From NCBI RefSeq assembly GCF_009914755.1, contig NC_060928.1: a DNA stretch of 64,000 bases. The stretch is one strand, 5' to 3'. Source of the DNA: the human T2T-CHM13v2.0 reference genome, Homo sapiens. Below, in pieces: positions 57,747 to 64,000 of this stretch; the first letter of the stretch is position 1; every line of letters starts with the position of its first letter. The notes under the pieces are model-generated. The model saw nothing but the letters and a program-made list of their open reading frames with translations, did no database searches and had not been told where the DNA came from. A program made the position numbers and the translations under genes.

Positions 57747-58383
57747 CCATTGTGCTTTTTGATTGATTTTGTCAAAAGGCTTAGGTTGTACATCACTGTG
57801 TTTCAGATGACTGAAATTATAAAGCAGAGTGCACACAATTGCCAAACATAGTGGTATGCGTTTATACATATCACTTTTTGAGCTATTTCTTCATGAATAT
57901 GGTTTCCCTGCTCATATTATACCCATGTGACTGCTAGTACACCTGACTGTTTATGCTTGCAAAACTATGTATATTGTTATTGCCTAATTCGTTGTGTAAA
58001 ATGGCCAATGAAGTGTTCTCTCATTTTTACATTTCTCAAATAAATCTCCATCTAAAAATTTAAGTGCCTTTAAAATACTTTTTTTGCAATTTTTTTTCAG
58101 AATTATAGTTTTGGGATTTTAATTTTGGGGATTGTGATTTTGAGGATTTTAGACTTTAGGGATTATGATCTTTTAGGATTTTAACATTTGGGATTATGCC
58201 TTTTGGGATATGGTCCAAATCTATCCATAGCACCCAGCATAATACTTGGCACAGAAGTTGGTGAACAGCACTGATGGACTGAAAAGGAAAAGTGAAGGGC
58301 AAGTTGGTCTGTTTTGTTGTAGAATGGGGACTCCCTTCTTCAGCATGTTTTTCTTTTCCTCTAAGACTATTTTCTGTTTGTAG

Positions 58384-58523
58384 CTCTTATCAAAGGTGCT
58401 GGAAGTGCTTGATCCTGACCGGAAGCTGGAGGACACATGGGCTTATTGTCAGGACACCAGGAAAGGAATGAAGGAACCCACGAAGCTTTTAAAAAAACAT
58501 TCTACCCAAGTCTACCTGGGACC
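58384..58523 (+). CDS. FAM47E: FAM47E coding exon 3
   Basis: Acceptor TTTCTGTTTGTAG|C; LLSKVLEVLDPDRKLEDTWAYCQDTRKGMKEPTKLLKKHSTQVYLG(P); donor ACC|GTGAGT; 140 nt. Confidence 0.96.
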
Positions 58524-59255
58524 GTGAGTATTGTTCTTAACCCTTCGATCATTGCTGTCACCTGATGAAACATTCTAGGAATTACCTTCTTAAAACTTCT
58601 CATCTTTAGAATACTTCTAATGAAGCAAATGTAACTAAGTTCCCAAGGAAGAGGGAAAGGAGTCCTAGGTACCGCTCTAAATAGTGCTTATTTCTTCAAG
58701 GGATGTGATTTATCCAGCGACGACGCAGACACAGGCGTCTATAAGGAAATTCCAGAGAGAGTCCCTCCCTATGCTTGAGGGGTAGAAACAGTGAAGGTTA
58801 GAAAATCCTTGATTTTGAGGCAGCTTCTAAGGCTTTCCAATTTCCTTTAATTCAAAAGTGCTCAGCATGCCAAAGCACCATACTTTTGGGGTATCATCCT
58901 TTGTGCCCCAAGAAATGTCAAGGCTGGAGGGCAGTGAAGAGATCACAACTCACTGCAGCCTTGAGTTCTGGACTCAAATGATCCTCCTGCCTCAGCCTCC
59001 TGAGCAGCTGGGACTTCAGGTATGTACCACCATGCCTGACCTAAGCCTTTTTTCTGAGTATAGGTCTACTGCTTGGAGTTTCCACCCATCTTTTTTGCAT
59101 AAACCATACCTGTAATACTACCTTCATTGACCCTTCTCAAAGCATTAAGCTTAACGAAAGCACCTCCCTTTTGTAACACATTCTTGATTCCCCAGTCAAT
59201 ATAATATTTAATTAAATAACATAAACGCAGTGATAAGTTTACTGGACACAAATAG

Positions 59256-59588
<333 letters not shown>

Positions 59589-60193
59589 TGAAATTAAAGA
59601 CCTCACTGATGGGTGCTGAAGAGTACGGTGAACTAGAGAGTAGCCTATCCACAGTACCCAGACACTTAGAGGAGTGTGGACTGTGGTCAGTGTGTTTGGT
59701 GGGGGCCATGTAGAGCTTGTTGGTCACACACATTACCTACGTGGAGGTGGATTTAGAGGGAATCTACTGCATTACATTATATATGTTTTTTAGGGTAAGA
59801 CACAAGGTGAGAGGAACTCTAGTCTTAGGACATTTCTGACTCTTCAGTCCACCTCCTGGTAAATGTAGGAAGGGTAACTGGACGTGCTTGTCTCAGTTCT
59901 GCCTTTCCTCCATGAGGAGCAAGATGGCCCATGGGAAGCACAATTTCTCCTTGCTTCCCCATTCTAGAGGGGAGGACTGTCCTGGTCCAGCCTTGCAGGG
60001 GACTGGGTGGAAGGGTCTGCCAATTTCTGAGTGTCAGTTAGCAAGTCCTCTTGGACCTAAAGCCATGTCGTCTATCATGGCTGCTGTTATCAGTGAAGGG
60101 GATATTTTGGCTACTGTCTTTGCTCTCTGTATTGTTTTTGAAGTTGCTCAGAACTTGGGTGAGGGAGCAAGAGGAGTGTTATATGTAGGGATC

Positions 60194-60570
60194 TGTGATA
60201 TAATAAATATATTTGGTCTTTGTCCCCAGTTACTGACACAGGGCTCCTAAAACCCTTGGGATTTCCTGAGTGACAGGAATGCTTTTTGTTATTCATATAT
60301 TCATAAGGAGCCCCTTTTAGTCACTGGTGAGTTTATGCTAATGAGGCGCTCAGGTTGAGGCCCCTAGATTGTCTTAGAATGTGGCTGGTCATCAGAAAGA
60401 CCAAGTGATTAGAGGGTTAGAATGTTCAGTCCCACTCAGTGTGACCTCTCAGAGGGGACAGAGAGGGGCGTGGCTGAAGATTAAAAACTCTTGAACACAT
60501 ATATCTGATGAACCTCCGGGTTGATGGACACATCCAGGTGCTGGCAGGATGCAAGCGACACCAACTCCCA
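60194..60570. mobile_element. MER21-type LTR fragment
   Basis: TGTGATATAATAAATATATTTGGTCTTTGTCCCC...CTCCTAAAACCCTTGGGATTTCCTGAGTGA. Confidence 0.7.
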
Positions 60571-60579
60571 CTCACCAGA

Positions 60580-61890
60580 TAATCTGTCCTTTCCTTTAGA
60601 GCAAAATTTTTTGAAAGAGGCATTCATACTCACTTAGTCTTTTTCTCTCCAAACAACAATCAGGCTCTTATCTCCACCACTCCACTGACCTGACCTTAGT
60701 CAAGGTCTCCTTTGACCTCTATGTTAACTAAATCAGCTCTCAGGGATCACCATACTTGTTGTATACATAGTAGCAATTGACGTAATTGATCATGTCCTCT
60801 TTCTCATAACACTTTCTTTACTTGGCTTCTGGAACATCCCTCTTTCATGGACCTCTCCGTAGTCATCTTTTACTGGCCGCTCTTTACCTTCTAGCCTTGA
60901 AGTACTTTGGTCTTTGACGTCTTTTCAGCACGTTTACTCACAACCAAGTGACCTCCTCTGGTCCATCTGTATATGGTTAATTCAGTATTTGTCCTTAGTT
61001 GTATAATTGGCATCTCAGACTAGACAAACCCAAAACTGAACTCTTGTTTTCTCCCCCGAACTTATTCCTCCTTCTGTCTTCCCCAGTTCAGTAAATGGGA
61101 ACCCCATCTTTCCAGTTTTTTTCTGGAACAATAGTTGCAATCTGCCAGCAAATGGTAATGGCTTTACTTTTGAAATGTATCCAGAATCTCACCTTCTCCA
61201 CTACTACCAGTCTATTCCAAGATTCCATCACCTCTTGCCTGGATTGTTGCAATAGCTTACTAACTGGTCTCATGGCCTCCACCCAAGCTCCCCTCTCTCA
61301 AGTCTATTTGTCACACAGTAGCTGACATAATCCTTTTAAAAATGTAAGTCAAGTCGTGTCATTCCAGTGCTTGAGATTCTCCAATTGCTTATTTTTCTGA
61401 GTAAAATCCAAAGTCCTTACAACTGCCTTCAGAGTACTGTATGATTAGGTTCCTGTCACCTCTCAAGCCTCATCCTCTACTATTCTACTCTTTAATTACT
61501 CCGCTCCACGGGACTTTGTGTTCTTTGGACATGCTCAGCACACTCCCAGCTCAGCTCTTTGCACATGCCATTCTTTTCTGTCTGTTATCTGCGTGACTTG
61601 ACATTTACATGGTTTGACCCCTTTCTTCTTTTGGGTCTTTGGTCAAATATTACTTTAATAGAGACAACTTCTCTGTATAAATAAAATGCTCCCTACCATC
61701 ACTCTCCATCCCTCCTGTCCTATTTTACTTTCTCTATATAACTTATAATCACCCGGCATATGTTTGTTTACTATCTATCTCTCCTATTCAGTTGTATACT
61801 CTATGAGGACAGGGGCTTAACTTTATTTACAGTTCAATTCTAATGCCTGGCACATAGTCGGTGCTTACTGAATATTTGTTGAATGAATGG
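60580..61890 (+). mobile_element. L2 element
   Basis: CACCACTCCACTGA...CAAAACTGAACTCTTG...GCCTGGATTGTTGCAATAGC...AATATTTGTTGAATGAATG. Confidence 0.85.
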
Positions 61891-62249
61891 GTGGATAAAT
61901 TAATATGAGTGTTATGAATAAAAGGTACAGGGGCTATGAATAAAGAGTAGGTTCAGGGGACAGCTTGTGGGGATGCCTCCCCGAGGAAGGCACATGTATG
62001 TTGAGATATGAAGGGGATAAGGAAATGGTGACAGCATTGCAGTCAGATGCAACAGCTCAAGCAAAGGCCCAATGGCTGGAGGGAGCAGCATGAATTCACA
62101 GAACTGAGAGAAGGCCACATTGGCTGGAGCTCAGAGAGTAAAAAACGGTGGTGGGTCCCAAAGAACCTGGAGAGCCAGGCCATGCAGAGCCCTGGAGGTT
62201 GTGTCAAGATTTAAGTCTTTATTGGAGGAATAGCAAGAGGCTATTGAAC

Positions 62250-62760
62250 ACAAAAGCTTGTTCATGAATATCCATAGCAGCATTGTCCTTAACAGGCATA
62301 AAGTGGCAACAGCCCAAAAGTCCATCACCTGGATATGTTTGTGAATGGATAAACAAAAAGTGGTCTATGTAGACCATGGAGTATTGGCCATAAAAAGGAA
62401 TAAACTACTAATACATGCTACAACATGGATGAGCCTTGAAAACATTATGCTAATTAAGAGAAGCCAGACACAAAAGACTGCATATTGCATGGTTCCATTC
62501 AGATGAAATATCCAGAACAGGCAAATCTACGGAGACAGAAAAGTAGGTTAGTTGTTGCCAGGAGCGAGGGAAATGGGGAAATGGTGAGTGATTATTAATG
62601 GCTGCGGGGTTTCTTTCGGGGTAATAAAAATGTTCTGGAATAAGATAGTGGTGGTGGTTGCACAACTTTGTGAATATATAAAGGGTACTCTCATACACTT
62701 TTGAAGTGGTAAATTTTATGAATTTCATGGTGGATGAATTATATCTCAATTTTTATAAAG
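62250..62760 (+). mobile_element. L1MB/ME 3' end
   Basis: ATACATGCTACAACATGGATGAGCCTTGAAAACATTATGCT...GTTGCACAACTTTGTGAATAT...TTATATCTCAAT. Confidence 0.85.
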
Positions 62761-63345
62761 AAGCTATTGATGGTGACGAAGCGTGGCTGCATTTGATATG
62801 TCCAGAGTTACATTTTGAAATGACTGCTTGGGATGCATTGTAGGGAATGGATTGGGGGTTGGAGGTTGGGGGAGCCATAGGAGTTGATGATGCAGAGACA
62901 CTAGCATTTTGCGGCAGTCCAGAGAAGGAGACAGTTACAATCTGCCAGACTTTAACTGAGCTGGATTTTAAGAATGTTAGAGAAGTCAAGGATGACTCCT
63001 ACTTGTCAAGGTTGCCTGAGGCTTTGGTAGACTTCAAGCACAGTAATTTGGGCTTTTACCCAGTACATGTTTTAATAAATGGTACTCAAAATTTAAAAAA
63101 ATCAACTTATAATGGTAAATGCTATGTAAGTTTTAATTATTATAACTAATCATGATATACTTGTCTTTATGATATTCGTAATGAGAATGTGCTCTTTGAA
63201 AAATTAAAATACAATTTGTATGTGAGCTTGCAAGAGACTGTTAGAAATACTTGCTTTATGATTTCCTTTTGCCTCTAAAACTGTTTGAAATCCATTTGGA
63301 TTCATTGTGTCTCATATTGTAATTCTTTAATGATCTTATCTTTAG

Positions 63346-63499
63346 TTCCAAGAAGACGTCTGTGTCAAACGCAGGCCAATGGCTTTATGAAGAAAAGCCA
63401 CATAAAATGGATTTGCTCCATGAAAATGGTCCTCGTCCTGGTCTTCATGAAAATGTATGCAAAGCAGTTAGTGACTTCTGCAAGTGGGTTACTACTTTT
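63346..63499 (+). CDS. FAM47E: FAM47E coding exon 4 (alternative in-frame donor at 63454)
   Basis: Acceptor CTTATCTTTAG|T; SKKTSVSNAGQWLYEEKPHKMDLLHENGPRPGLHEN[VCKAVSDFCKWVTTF]; donors AAT|GTATGC (63454) and TTT|GTAAGT (63499), both phase 0. Confidence 0.92.
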
Positions 63500-63803
63500 G
63501 TAAGTTAGTGGTAATATTTAAACCTACTTTTAAATGTCAAGCTCAAAGTTGCTTTTATTAAAAAACAGTATTGGATAAAATCTAAGTCAAATCCTCAAAG
63601 TCGTAAAGGAATCATTTTCTTCTATTATGTATAAATAGAAATATTTCTGGTAGATGAAATTTCTGGAAAGGTTGCAAACTTGCTGCTAATTTGAATGTTT
63701 ATGTTTACATCTCACATCATTGCAGCTGTTTCATATTTTTATTTTCCATTTTATTGTTAGGACTTTCTTTTCTCTCTTTCACTCCTTCAACTCATTTTTC
63801 TTA

Positions 63804-63998
<195 letters not shown>

Positions 63999-64000
63999 TT

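Larger units (their letters stand above)
53318..58221 (+). mobile_element. Ricksha-type MULE/MuDR DNA transposon with nested L1 and AluJ
   Basis: Imperfect ~100-bp TIRs made of AATCCC repeats; flanks TATCCAAGT / TATCCATAG; decayed transposase; MLT2-like segment near 53600-53755. Confidence 0.88.

Overview
Human (or very close primate) genomic DNA from the chr4q21 SCARB2/FAM47E locus. SCARB2 (LIMP-2) coding exon 1 lies on the minus strand (8095-8211) in a CpG island. FAM47E coding exons 1-4 lie on the plus strand (46426-63499), starting from a second CpG island. The rest is intron or intergenic DNA packed with Alu, L1, L2, MIR, LTR and DNA-transposon fossils. Main points of interest: (1) a near-complete Ricksha-type Mutator (MULE) element with TIRs, a degenerate 9-bp TSD, a decayed DDE transposase and a captured MLT2/ERVL LTR piece; (2) a transposon-built alternative FAM47E 5' end (L2-derived leader plus an MST-LTR coding exon) running divergently from the SCARB2 promoter; (3) a 4-bp duplication that appears to have displaced the ancestral FAM47E exon 2 acceptor; (4) an MER61 LTR with tRNA-Lys PBS and splice donor pointing into SCARB2; (5) ISRE, M-box and RFX/FOX promoter motifs; (6) template-switch scars in an old L1. 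Repeat subfamily names come from recalled consensus sequences and need RepeatMasker/Dfam confirmation. Repeat boundaries without a TSD are approximate.
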